From NCBI GenBank assembly GCA_964554435.1, contig CAZKOO010000004.1, positions 2,116 through 66,115 on the forward strand: DNA of 64,000 nt, written 5' to 3'. The stretch comes from an uncultured Candidatus Peribacteria bacterium. Lineage in GTDB: Bacteria; Patescibacteriota; Gracilibacteria; Peribacterales; Peribacteraceae. The position numbers and the translations under genes are program-made. Positions 8,631 to 18,000 of the stretch are shown here, piece by piece. The notes below the pieces were generated by a model. That model saw nothing but the letters and a program-made list of their open reading frames with translations, did no database searches and was not told the DNA's origin. The stretch's first letter is position 1; each line of letters opens with the position of its first letter.

Positions 8631-9729
8631 TCATCACCACCTCCTCATCTACCATCCCCGCACTCTGAAAACTCTCCCATGTCTTTGCTCCACCTTCGAC
8701 GAGAATTGAGCTAATGCCAAAGAAATGATCTGTTGGAGTGGTAAGAGCTTTCCACAGAGATGGGTAATCGAAATGATTGTCGTGATATGGGATTTCGATA
8801 ATTCTCACTCCTTTCTCTTGAAGAAATTTCTTTTTTTCTTTGACATCCGCAGGTAGAAACCTGCTCCCATGTTGCCTATTCTTCATCTCATTGATTTCTT
8901 TGTTTTCTTCGATTCCCTTGATTTCTTTTACACAAAGAATTGTCCTCTCCCTCCACTCATCACTCACCACCGTTGCATCGAGTGGGATGCGAAGGTGCGG
9001 ATCGAGAATAATACGATACGGTTGAAATATTCCCTCTCCCCTCGGGAGAGGGTTAGGCCTGCCCGCCGGAGCCCGAATGGCGTAGGTGGGGTGAGGGTAA
9101 CGTACTGTTAACTTCGGATCATCACTCATAATTGTGCCAACACCAACGAGAATGGCATCATGTGTTGCGCGGAGATTGAGATGTGCCCATTGGTCCTGCT
9201 CCTCTGATGTAATCTTGAGCGGAGATCCATCACTATTCGCAATACGCCCATCGCGTGTCATTGCTTTTTTGAGCGTAATCCACGGACGGCCCTTCGTTAT
9301 GAACGACACAAAGCCACGATTGAGGTACTGACATTGAGGCAAAAGAATAGGGCCAATTACTGTTACTCCTGCATCTTTCAACATCTGAATCCCCTTTCCA
9401 GAAACTTGAGGATTTGGATCGTTCATGCCATAGATCACCGTTTTCACTCCCCTTTCGATAACCATCTGTGCACACGGCGGAGTCTTTTTGTTCGTGTGAC
9501 AACACGGTTCTAGGTTGACGTACAGAATATCATCTGAACAAATTTTTTGATCAAATTTTTCCAATAGATGACGCTCTGCATGCGCACATCCAAAGCCTGC
9601 ATGCCACCCCTGCGCAATCACTTTCTCATCTCGCACTAATACAGCGCCCACAAGAGGATTGATGCCCGTCTTTCCTCTCCCGCGCTTAGCAAGAGAAAGG
9701 CAGTGGTGGATAAAATCTTGATGGGACAT
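8623..9729 (-). CDS. ribD: Riboflavin biosynthesis protein RibD (deaminase/reductase), with repeat insertions and a short C-terminus
   Basis: Deaminase Zn motifs (HAERHLL, PCCHTNKKTPPC) and a reductase domain (DPKLTVR...ILVEGGAKTW). It ends at VVMIN, about 45-50 aa before the usual C-terminus. The start was chosen at MSHQDF. Confidence 0.8.
   Translation of the reverse strand: MSHQDFIHHCLSLAKRGRGKTGINPLVGAVLVRDEKVIAQGWHAGFGCAHAERHLLEKFDQKICSDDILYVNLEPCCHTNKKTPPCAQMVIERGVKTVIYGMNDPNPQVSGKGIQMLKDAGVTVIGPILLPQCQYLNRGFVSFITKGRPWITLKKAMTRDGRIANSDGSPLKITSEEQDQWAHLNLRATHDAILVGVGTIMSDDPKLTVRYPHPTYAIRAPAGRPNPLPRGEGIFQPYRIILDPHLRIPLDATVVSDEWRERTILCVKEIKGIEENKEINEMKNRQHGSRFLPADVKEKKKFLQEKGVRIIEIPYHDNHFDYPSLWKALTTPTDHFFGISSILVEGGAKTWESFQSAGMVDEEVVMIN
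8845..8868 (-). repeat. REP hairpin copy (GGGAGCAGG-TTTCTA-CCTGCGGAT) inside ribD
   Basis: Same family as the hairpins flanking the RAYT gene. Translated in-frame as GSRFLPAD. Confidence 0.75.
9032..9097 (-). repeat. GC-hairpin element inside ribD
   Basis: CCCTCTCCC-ctc-GGGAGAGGG (9-bp stem) followed by GTTAGGCCTGCCCGCC...GGGGTGAGGG. Related copies lie at 27396-27434, 28823-28858, 33817-33873 and 50874-50932. Confidence 0.75.
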
Positions 9730-9832
9730 TGATAAAAGTATGGCAGAAAACAGAGAATTACAAAATCCCTCAATCAAATACATTACTGCATTCAATTGAG
9801 GGATGATTGTTGTTGCTACACAGGAATAATAA

Positions 9833-10171
9833 CTACGTTAATACAAAATGATAGCCCTGATCGTATCCACTCGCCTTGAGCGAGCCGATAAGATCATCAA
9901 TGTGACATTGAAATAGATAGATCTTTCTGCCGTCTTTCAGGTCTACCATCCGAAATGGCATCAGATTCGTAGTCCAATCTTGATGCATACCAAGCGTCGA
10001 TTCATCGATTGTGTTGCGTGGATGAATCAGCAATTCTGAATTCTTCTCGATCCAAGACTCAAGCGATGTACCGAGGAGTTCGCACGCATACTCCAATACA
10101 TTTACGAGCGTTTCATTCGTCAATTCCTTGTACCACAGAGGTAGCCATCCGGCCATTCCAATTTGTTTCAT
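9833..10171 (-). CDS. Hypothetical protein (start uncertain)
   Basis: The ORF is open from 10459, but its upstream part overlaps the yerC-like frame. The start was chosen at an internal ATG (MKQIGMAGW). No domain recognised. Confidence 0.35.
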   Translation of the reverse strand: MKQIGMAGWLPLWYKELTNETLVNVLEYACELLGTSLESWIEKNSELLIHPRNTIDESTLGMHQDWTTNLMPFRMVDLKDGRKIYLFQCHIDDLIGSLKASGYDQGYHFVLT

Positions 10172-10268
10172 TCTTTTTCTCCGTTGATGAAAATGATCAA
10201 TGTCTTGTTGTGTAGCAACAACAAAATTCCCCCTCACTACGAGGAGGAACTGACATCGATCTTCTCTT

Positions 10269-10721
10269 CTACTTCTTGCCTTTTTCGAGATATTTTTGGA
10301 GCATCGATACCGGTTTCTCCCCGCGCGGGGAAGTGTGATGTGGCTCTCCATGCTGATTTTCACTCGATTTCGATCGATATTCCTGATCATCACCAACATG
10401 CAGAGCCATGCGATGATGCCGATGGGTATTGAGTACTGCTCGGTACCCACCTTCTCCATTCTCTAAGAATTTGGCAACACGCGAGACAGTCGTTGTACTT
10501 GCGCCAGTGTTTTCTGCAATATCACGATAGAAACGACCTTTGCTTAATTGCTTTGCCACTTCAAATCGCTCACTCCATGCTTGTAATTCGGAGAGAGTGC
10601 CAATATCACGCAGAAAATTTGCGAGCTCTTCTTCTGTCTCACACGATTTCATGGCAGACACCAAGGACTTAAACCACGGTTCTTTACGCCAGCCATCTTC
10701 TGTAAAACGTCGTTTAGACAT
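10269..10721 (-). CDS. YerC/YecD-family TrpR-like regulator (with unusual ~50-aa His-rich C-extension)
   Basis: SERFEVAKQLSKGRFYRDIAENTGASTTTVSRVAKFLENGEGGYRAVL matches the YerC/TrpR-like HTH core. Confidence 0.7.
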   Translation of the reverse strand: MSKRRFTEDGWRKEPWFKSLVSAMKSCETEEELANFLRDIGTLSELQAWSERFEVAKQLSKGRFYRDIAENTGASTTTVSRVAKFLENGEGGYRAVLNTHRHHRMALHVGDDQEYRSKSSENQHGEPHHTSPRGEKPVSMLQKYLEKGKK

Positions 10722-10744
10722 ATGTTTAATAGAGTGTAGGACTC

Positions 10745-10773
10745 ATTGTATTAGCGTATTAATACGCTGTCAA
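10745..10773 (-). promoter_or_regulatory. Sigma70-like promoter TTGACA-17-TACAAT with palindromic spacer
   Basis: The minus strand reads TTGACAGCGTATTAATACGCTAATACAAT, 24 nt upstream of the yerC-like ATG. The spacer holds the palindrome AGCGTATTAATACGCT. Confidence 0.65.
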
Positions 10774-10818
10774 GAGGAAACGTAAAGAAAAAGGTCAGTT
10801 TCCTGACCTTTTTCCTCT
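10773..10818 (-). terminator. Rho-independent terminator downstream of fusA
   Basis: GGTCAG-tttc-CTGACC extended by A/T pairs, with a T-run on the minus strand and outer AGAGGAAA/TTTCCTCT arms. Confidence 0.7.
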
Positions 10819-10859
10819 TGTGTCTATTATCTACTGTCTACTATCTATTTCTCTGCATA

Positions 10860-12956
10860 CTACTTTCCTCCCTGACGTGCTTCGATGATGCCATCGGCAA
10901 CGTTCTTTGGAACTTTTGCGTAGTGGCTTGGCTCCATGGAGTAGCTCGCACGACCTTGTGTCATGGAACGAAGCTCTGTTGCGTATCCGAACATGGATGA
11001 GAGTGGGACTTCTGCGAGGATTGTCTTCGCCATACCACGGTTTCCTGTGTCTTTGATGAGGCCACGACGAGCGCTTAAGTCACCCATCACATCTCCGAAG
11101 TACTCTTCTGGGCTTACTACTTCTACCTTCATCACAGGCTCAAGGATGACAGGGTCTGCCTTGCGTGCTGCTTCCTGTGCACCAATAGATGCACAGATTT
11201 TGTACGCCATTTCAGAGGAGTCTACATCGTGGTAGCTACCATCAGTCAGTTCAACACGAACGTCAACAATCTGGAAGCCTGCAAGTGCACCACGAGAAAG
11301 ACCTTCTTGGAAACCCTTGTTACATGGTTCAATGAATTCACGAGGAATGCGTCCTCCAACCACTTGGTTATCGAACTCATAACCCTTTCCTGGCTCTTGA
11401 GGAATGAGGCGGAACAAACAGTGACCGTACTGACCACGTCCACCTGTCTGCTTGATGTACTTCGACTCATGCTCTACCGCTTTTTGAATGGTCTCACGGT
11501 ACGCTACCTGTGGCTTTCCTGAGTTGCTCTCTACTTTAAATTCACGCTTCATACGATCCATGATGATATCGAGGTGCAATTCACCCATTCCAGAAAGAAT
11601 GGTTTGACCTGTTTCTTCATCGGTACGAACACGAAGTGTTGGATCTTCTTCTGAAAGTTTCTGCAGTGCAAGGCCCATCTTTTCCTGATCTGCCTTTGTC
11701 TTTGGCTCAACAGCAAGACTGATCACTGGCTCTGCAAAGGTAATGCTTTCAAGAAGAACAACGCTATTTTCTGCGCAGAGTGTGTCTCCTGTGCGTGTTT
11801 CCTTAAGTCCAATGACAGCACCGATGTCTCCTGCTTCAATTTGATCAATTTCTGTACGCTGGTTTGCGTGCAAGCGAACGAGACGACCAATGCGCTCCTT
11901 GTTTCCTGTGCGTGCATTAACAACGTACGAACCAGACTTGAGAACGCCAGAATACACGCGAACGAAACAGAGCTTACCCACGAATGGATCTGTTGCAATT
12001 TTGAATGCAAGTGCAGAGAGTGGCTCAGTATTTTCTGGCTTGCGTGTAATAGACTCTCCAGATGTTTGATCTACGCCCTTCACTGGGGGTGTGTCGAGTG
12101 GAGTTGGCAAGAAATTGACAACTGCATCGAGAACAAGCTGCACACCCATGTTCTTGAGAGATGAACCACACAGAACAAGGAACACCTTACCTGACACAAC
12201 GCCTGCGCGAAGAGCCTCTTTGATCTCTTCTTTTGTAAGCATTTCTCCACCAAGGTACTTCTCCATGAGCGCATCGCCACCAAACTCCGCTGCCTTTTCA
12301 ACTAAGATCGTGCGATACTTTGCAACTTGATCTTTCATATCCTCTGGCACAGGGTGATGAACGTGATTTTCACCATGTGCTCCTTCAAAAGTGATCATCT
12401 CCTCTTCAATAAGATCGATGATTCCACTGAAATCGCTTTCTGCGCCTACTGGGAGCTGAATAGCAACAGCGTCTTTACTTAAGCGATCGTGAATGCTTTG
12501 CAGTGACATGTAGAAATCGCCACCAATCTTGTCCATCTTATTGACGAATGCAAGACGTGGAACGCCGTACTTATCTGCCTGACGCCACACTGTTTCAGAC
12601 TGTGGCTCTACACCCTGTGAACCATCGAACACTGCAACACCACCGTCGAGAACACGAAGAGAACGCTCTACTTCTGCAGTAAAGTCCACGTGTCCTGGAG
12701 TGTCGATCAAGTTGATAGTTGTTGTTGTGTCTACGCCACGGAACTTTGACTTCCATGTACACTGTGTTGCTGCAGATGTGATGGTAATACCACGCTCACG
12801 CTCTTGTTCCATCCAGTCCATTGTTGCCTCTCCTTCGTGTACTTCACCAATTTTGTAGTTCTTTCCTGTGTAGAAAAGAATGCGCTCTGATGTGGTTGTC
12901 TTTCCAGCATCAATATGCGCGATAATTCCGATATTACGAACATTTTTTAAATCCAT
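10860..12956 (-). CDS. fusA: Elongation factor G
   Basis: 698 aa starting [21 protein letters not shown], with the full EF-G domain set through to the C-terminus. Confidence 0.95.
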   Translation of the reverse strand: MDLKNVRNIGIIAHIDAGKTTTSERILFYTGKNYKIGEVHEGEATMDWMEQERERGITITSAATQCTWKSKFRGVDTTTTINLIDTPGHVDFTAEVERSLRVLDGGVAVFDGSQGVEPQSETVWRQADKYGVPRLAFVNKMDKIGGDFYMSLQSIHDRLSKDAVAIQLPVGAESDFSGIIDLIEEEMITFEGAHGENHVHHPVPEDMKDQVAKYRTILVEKAAEFGGDALMEKYLGGEMLTKEEIKEALRAGVVSGKVFLVLCGSSLKNMGVQLVLDAVVNFLPTPLDTPPVKGVDQTSGESITRKPENTEPLSALAFKIATDPFVGKLCFVRVYSGVLKSGSYVVNARTGNKERIGRLVRLHANQRTEIDQIEAGDIGAVIGLKETRTGDTLCAENSVVLLESITFAEPVISLAVEPKTKADQEKMGLALQKLSEEDPTLRVRTDEETGQTILSGMGELHLDIIMDRMKREFKVESNSGKPQVAYRETIQKAVEHESKYIKQTGGRGQYGHCLFRLIPQEPGKGYEFDNQVVGGRIPREFIEPCNKGFQEGLSRGALAGFQIVDVRVELTDGSYHDVDSSEMAYKICASIGAQEAARKADPVILEPVMKVEVVSPEEYFGDVMGDLSARRGLIKDTGNRGMAKTILAEVPLSSMFGYATELRSMTQGRASYSMEPSHYAKVPKNVADGIIEARQGGK

Positions 12957-13412
12957 ACAAAGAGAGAAAAAGAGATAAGAAACGAAAAAAGTGCACATAG
13001 TGTAGGGAATATGCACGTGAAAAGAAAGAGATTTTATAGATGTTTTTGAGGGAAATATTGACTTATAAAAATATTTTTGTATGATATATTTATGGAATTT
13101 CGTGATACTACAGATGACTGGACAGGCTATCGCGCATTATTATCGCCAGAACAAATAAAAGAAGAAAGATCTCATTGTTTCCCTAGTTCTACAGCATTGC
13201 TTCATTGTGAAAGGATACTTACTGAATCTCAAATTGCTATTCAAGAGTATCAAAGAGCTCTTGGTCTCGTGATTTTTCAAAATACTGCACGCACAAACCC
13301 TCGCTCTCCTCGTTTTGAAAGAACCGCTAGATCTAGGGTTGTGGAAAGTTGTCAAGACGCTACTGGTAGCGTGTCATCATTTTCAAGAACAACACCAACC
13401 TATGCGTAACAC

Positions 13413-13679
13413 TCATCTTCGTTCGTAGATGGCGTGTGTGCCAATGGATATCAACAGATAGGTATTGTCCTCTAATGGCTGTAGAATAATCCGATTTTTT
13501 CGATCAAGCGATATGCTCCAATACCCTGATAATTCTCCTGATAATTTATGAAGACGAAGAGATGGATGCAGTGGATTTTGTAAAAATAATTCGATTGATC
13601 GTGCTGCTTTCTTTTTCATGTCATATGCAATGTTTTTGTGCTGTTTTTTAAATCGCTCTGAATAGACTAATGTCATCAT
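13413..13679 (-). CDS. Type II toxin, RelE/YafQ-like mRNA interferase family
   Basis: 88 aa with HPSLRLHKLSGELSGYWSISLDRKNRIIL, typical of RelE/ParE-superfamily toxins. Lies 10 nt downstream of the antitoxin ORF. Confidence 0.7.
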   Translation of the reverse strand: MMTLVYSERFKKQHKNIAYDMKKKAARSIELFLQNPLHPSLRLHKLSGELSGYWSISLDRKNRIILQPLEDNTYLLISIGTHAIYERR

Positions 13680-13689
13680 ATACTATCAA

Positions 13690-13929
13690 TTACGGCAACT
13701 CAGGCAATAAAAGATCTTGAGGATTCAATAATTTTTTTGTTTTTCCTGAAAGAAAATCTTTCCTTGCTTCTTTCGCATAGAACAACAATTCATCTTCATT
13801 AATAAGATGCTCCTCCTCATCCACTCTTTGTAGAATATAGGCACTAATGGTCATATTTGCTAACTGCGCCTTCTTTTTCAGAGCAGCAAGTTTTTCTGGA
13901 GGAATAGAGATACTAAGGACTGCACGCAT
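13690..13929 (-). CDS. Putative antitoxin (ribbon-helix-helix-like)
   Basis: 79 aa. The N-terminal SISIPPEKLAALKKKAQLANMTISAYIL resembles an RHH DNA-binding fold. Positioned upstream of the toxin. Confidence 0.6.
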   Translation of the reverse strand: MRAVLSISIPPEKLAALKKKAQLANMTISAYILQRVDEEEHLINEDELLFYAKEARKDFLSGKTKKLLNPQDLLLPELP

Positions 13930-13943
13930 AGAAGAAAAAGAAG

Positions 13944-13963
13944 TGTATTACAATTGTAATACA
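13944..13963. promoter_or_regulatory. 20-nt perfect palindrome, candidate TA operator
   Basis: TGTATTACAATTGTAATACA lies 15-34 nt upstream of the antitoxin ATG. Confidence 0.55.
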
Positions 13964-13981
13964 GATTTCTCATAAAATCAA

Positions 13982-14004
13982 GAAAAATCCTTCTTGGAAG
14001 GATC
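13982..14004 (-). terminator. Rho-independent terminator after rpsG
   Basis: ATCCTT-cttgg-AAGGAT stem followed by TTTTT on the minus strand. Confidence 0.6.
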
Positions 14005-14036
14005 TTTCAAGTATTGTTGATAGAATAAGATGAATA

Positions 14037-14495
14037 CTACGCCATCTTTGCAAAGTGGGCGTACGCCTTGTTTGCTTGAGCCATCTTGTACACATCTTCC
14101 TTCTTCTTCACTGCAGCACCTTGTTCTGCAGACGCATCGAGGAGTTCAAGAGCGAGTTTCTCTGCCATGCGAACACCTTTGCGAGCGCGAGCTGCAATGA
14201 GAATCCAGCGAATAGAAAGAGATTGTTGACGCTTTGGGTTGACTTCTGTTGGCACTTGGTACACCGCTCCAGCAACACGCTTTGGACGCACTTCGATGAG
14301 TGGCGTTGTGTTGATGAGAGCTTTGCTAAAGACTTCCATTGGCTCGTCTTTTGTGCGAGTTTTGATGACCGCAAGAGTATCTGCAAAGATCTGACGAGCA
14401 ATAGACTTCTTTCCCTGCTTCATGAGACAGTTAATGAACTTCTCAATGAGAGTGTCGGAACCTTTTGGAATATATGCTTTAGGGAGTGTAGCCAT
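14037..14495 (-). CDS. rpsG: 30S ribosomal protein S7
   Basis: 152 aa, S7 signature throughout (KFINCLMKQGKKSIARQIF...EVRPKRVAGAVYQVP). Confidence 0.95.
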   Translation of the reverse strand: MATLPKAYIPKGSDTLIEKFINCLMKQGKKSIARQIFADTLAVIKTRTKDEPMEVFSKALINTTPLIEVRPKRVAGAVYQVPTEVNPKRQQSLSIRWILIAARARKGVRMAEKLALELLDASAEQGAAVKKKEDVYKMAQANKAYAHFAKMA

Positions 14496-14498
14496 AGG

Positions 14499-14556
14499 GA
14501 GATAGTAGATTGTAGACGGTTAGTTAGTGAGTAGTAGTTAGTGGGTAGTAGATAGC
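14499..14556. repeat. 7-nt-period TAG-word array
   Basis: GATAGTAGATTGTAGACGGTTAGTTAGTGAGTAGTAGTTAGTGGGTAGTAGATAGC. Shares the 14-mer AGTAGATTGTAGAC with 2435-2448. Confidence 0.75.
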
Positions 14557-14569
14557 TTTCTTCATTTTT

Positions 14570-15004
14570 CTATTTCTTCGCAGCGCCTGCTTTTGGTCGC
14601 TTTGCTCCATAGAGAGAGCGTCCTTGCTTACGATCGCGGACACCTTCACAGTCGAGAACACCACGAATGATGTGGTAACGCACACCTGGCAAGTCTTTCA
14701 CACGACCTCCACGCACGAGAACAACGGAGTGCTCTTGAAGATTGTGGCCCTCTCCTCCAATGTATGCTGTTACTTCTTCTCCATTGGTAAGACGCACACG
14801 AGCAATTTTACGAAGAGCGGAGTTTGGCTTCTTTGGAGTCATGGTTGTTACCTTGAGACATACACCACGTTTCTGAGGAGCTCCCTTTGGAAGAGGGATA
14901 GAAGAAAGCTTGAGAGCATTCCAGGTTGCTTGCAAGTTTGGAGCTTTTGTACGGCTCTTTTGAACCTTACGTGGATGACGGATGAGTTGATTAATAGTTG
15001 GCAT
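14570..15004 (-). CDS. rpsL: 30S ribosomal protein S12
   Basis: 144 aa starting [13 protein letters not shown], with ...[19 protein letters not shown]. Confidence 0.95.
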   Translation of the reverse strand: MPTINQLIRHPRKVQKSRTKAPNLQATWNALKLSSIPLPKGAPQKRGVCLKVTTMTPKKPNSALRKIARVRLTNGEEVTAYIGGEGHNLQEHSVVLVRGGRVKDLPGVRYHIIRGVLDCEGVRDRKQGRSLYGAKRPKAGAAKK

Positions 15005-15066
15005 GGGCTGATGGATTCTACTGAATCAGAAGGAAAGAGTAAAGAGAAAATGAAGAGTTTATGAGC

Positions 15067-18000
15067 CTAGGCATCTTCATCGGAAGATGTCTCTGCTTGT
15101 TTATCGGCTTTTGCGCCTTCAAGACGGCTGCGGAAGATTTCACCGGCAGGAATAAGGCGACCAATAATCACGTTTTCCTTGAGACCCTTCAAGTAATCGA
15201 TGTTACCTGTTGTTGCAGCTTCGACAAGAACACGAATTGTTTCTTGGAAAGACGCACCAGCAAGCCAAGAGTCGGTAGCAAGAGAAACACGAGTAAGACC
15301 CAAGAGCATTTGTTCGTATGTTGCTTGCTTTGCATTCTTGTTTGTCTTTTTTGCAACTGCATCTGCACGGCGTACGTCGGAAATGTCGACAACTTCTCCA
15401 GCAAGGAGCATGGTGTCTCCACCATCGACAATACGCACTTTGCTAAACATCTTGCGTGCAATGATTTCCAAGTGTTTGTCGTTAATCGTTTGCCCTTGAG
15501 ATGCATAGATGTGTTGTACTTCTTGAATGATGTAGCTCTGCACTGCGTGCGGACCTTGCTTCTCGAGTAATTCTTGCAAGTTATAGTGACCTGCATTGAT
15601 GGCCTGTCCTGCCTTGATCATGTCACCATTCTTCACAATGAGCTGTTCACGAGCATGGAATTCGTAGGTACGATCTTGCATTTCGCTATGCTTCACGACA
15701 ATTTTTCCACCTTCGATGCTGTCTACTGTTCCTCCAATCATGGTCTTAAGAGCAGACTTATCGGTCAGAGAGCGTGCAAGTACAGACTTCTCTTTCACTT
15801 GATCACCTTTTTTCACGATGACTTCGTATCCTGCAGGAATGAAGTAATGATCGAAATCGAGCTCTTCGCCTGAAATTTGCACAGTTGTTTGACCTCCTTT
15901 GTGTACAATTTTCACGCGACCTGAAATATCGGAAAGAGTTGCTGGCGTGCGTGGGGAACGTGCTTCAAAAATTTCTTCTACACGAGTCAAACCTTGTGTA
16001 ATATCTGAGCCTTCTGCGACTCCTCCCATGTGGAAAGTACGCATTGTAAGCTGTGTACCCGGCTCACCAATGGACTGTGCGGCCATGATACCAACTGGAG
16101 TACCCAGTTTAACTGTCTTATTATCGGCAAGATCGCGTCCATAACACTTCTGACAAATACCTCCATCTGTTTGACAAGTAATGACTGCGCGTACATTGAC
16201 ACCATCGATCTTATTTTCGGTGAAGAGATCAATCATTGCTGCATCAATTTCATCGTTGCGCTTTGCAATGACTTTTTTACCAGAAACAACATCGGTATTG
16301 AGCACGCGTCCAAAAATGCGATGCTCAAACTTTTCTCCAATGCGCTCTGAGTCTTCACGAGTAATGTCATATCCAATATCGGTACCACAATCTTCTTCAA
16401 TGATCACGATGTCTTGTACTGCATCGACCAAACGACGAGTGAGGTATCCGGCTTCTGCTGTTTTGAGAGCGGTGTCGGACTTACCCTTGCGTCCTCCGTG
16501 TGTCGCAATGAAGTACTCAAGAATGGTGAAACCTTCCTTCAGGTTACTCTGAATTGGAAGTTCAATGGTGCGACCAGATGGGTTGGCAACAAGTCCCTTC
16601 ATACCAGCGAGCTGTGTAATTTGACCCCAGTTACCACGAGCGCCAGAGTCGATCATGTAGGTAATGCTATTACGATCGTGTGATGTAAATTGCTTAATCA
16701 TCACTGCTGCAACCTCGTTCTTTGTTTTGCTCCAAATGCGAATTGCATGCTGATAGCGTTCATCTGCAGTAATCCATCCTTTCATGAAGAGTGTGTTGAT
16801 GTCTTGAATTTTCTTGTTTGCCTCTGCAAGAATCTCCTTCTTCTCTGAAGGAATGAGCATATCGCTCATAGAAATGGAAAGACCAGACTTTGTTGCGTAC
16901 TTGAAGCCAACGTTTTTAATGTCATCCGCAAGACGTGCTGTTCGCTCTGGTCCAATGAGATCAAGCGCACGAGCAATAATCTTACTGAGAACGCCTTTCT
17001 TGAGGGTCTCATTGATGATGCCAAGTTCTGGTGGAACAATCTGTTGGAAAATGAGCCTTCCTGCTGATGTTTCCATATATTCATACTCCCCTTCTTCGCC
17101 TCCTTGCTTTGGAAAGCGTACTTTAATTTTTGCTTTGAGATCGATGGCACCATGTTCATACGCCATCATTGCCTCATGTGCAGAGCCATAGACGCTACCA
17201 TGTCCCTTGTATCCATCGTGTACTGCAGTGAGGAAGTAGCAACCAAGCACCATGTCTTGCACTGGAGTGATGATTGGCTCACCTGCAGATGGCTTCAAAA
17301 CGCTTCGTGCTGCGCTCATGAGTTCACGAGCTTCTTTTTGTGCCTGATCGGAGAGTGGTACGTGAACGGCCATTTGGTCTCCATCGAAGTCGGCATTGAA
17401 CGCTGTACAAACGAGTGGATGCAATTGAATAGCAAGACCTTCAACAAGACGTGGTCGGAATGCCTGAATACCAAGACGGTGAAGTGTTGGAGCACGGTTT
17501 AAGAGAACGTACTTTCCTTGAATAACTTCTTCAAGGATGTCCCACACACGCTTGCCTCCATCGAACACCATGCGCTCTGCTGTTTTCACGTTGTGTGCCA
17601 ATTCTTCACGAATGAGTTGACCGATGACAAATGGCTTGAAGAGTTTCATTGCCATATCTTTTGGCAAGCCACATTCATCAATTTTGAGTGTTGGACCGAC
17701 AACGATGACGGAGCGACCAGAGTAGTCCACGCGCTTACCAAGCAAGTTCTGACGGAAGCGACCTTGCTTTCCTTTTAACATATCGGAGAGAGATCGAAGT
17801 TTGCGGCGATCTCCTGCGGTAAAGAGTGCCTTTCCTGCACGAGCGGAGTTGTTGAGGAGTGTATCAACCGCTTCCTGCAACATGCGCTTTTCATTGCGGC
17901 AGATCACTTCAGGAGCACCGATGCTCATGAGTTTGCGAAGACGATTGTTACGGTTGATGACGCGACGGTAGAGATCGTTCAAATCGGATGCAGCAAAACG

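Noticed and set aside
13077-13409. 110-aa plus-strand ORF between fusA and the TA module, with a TTGACT-16-TATGAT promoter-like site.
   Set aside because: The C-half is low-complexity (Arg/Ser/Thr-rich), no family resemblance was seen, and it lies antisense to the region that must carry the fusA promoter. It was left uncalled and is mentioned only as uncertain.
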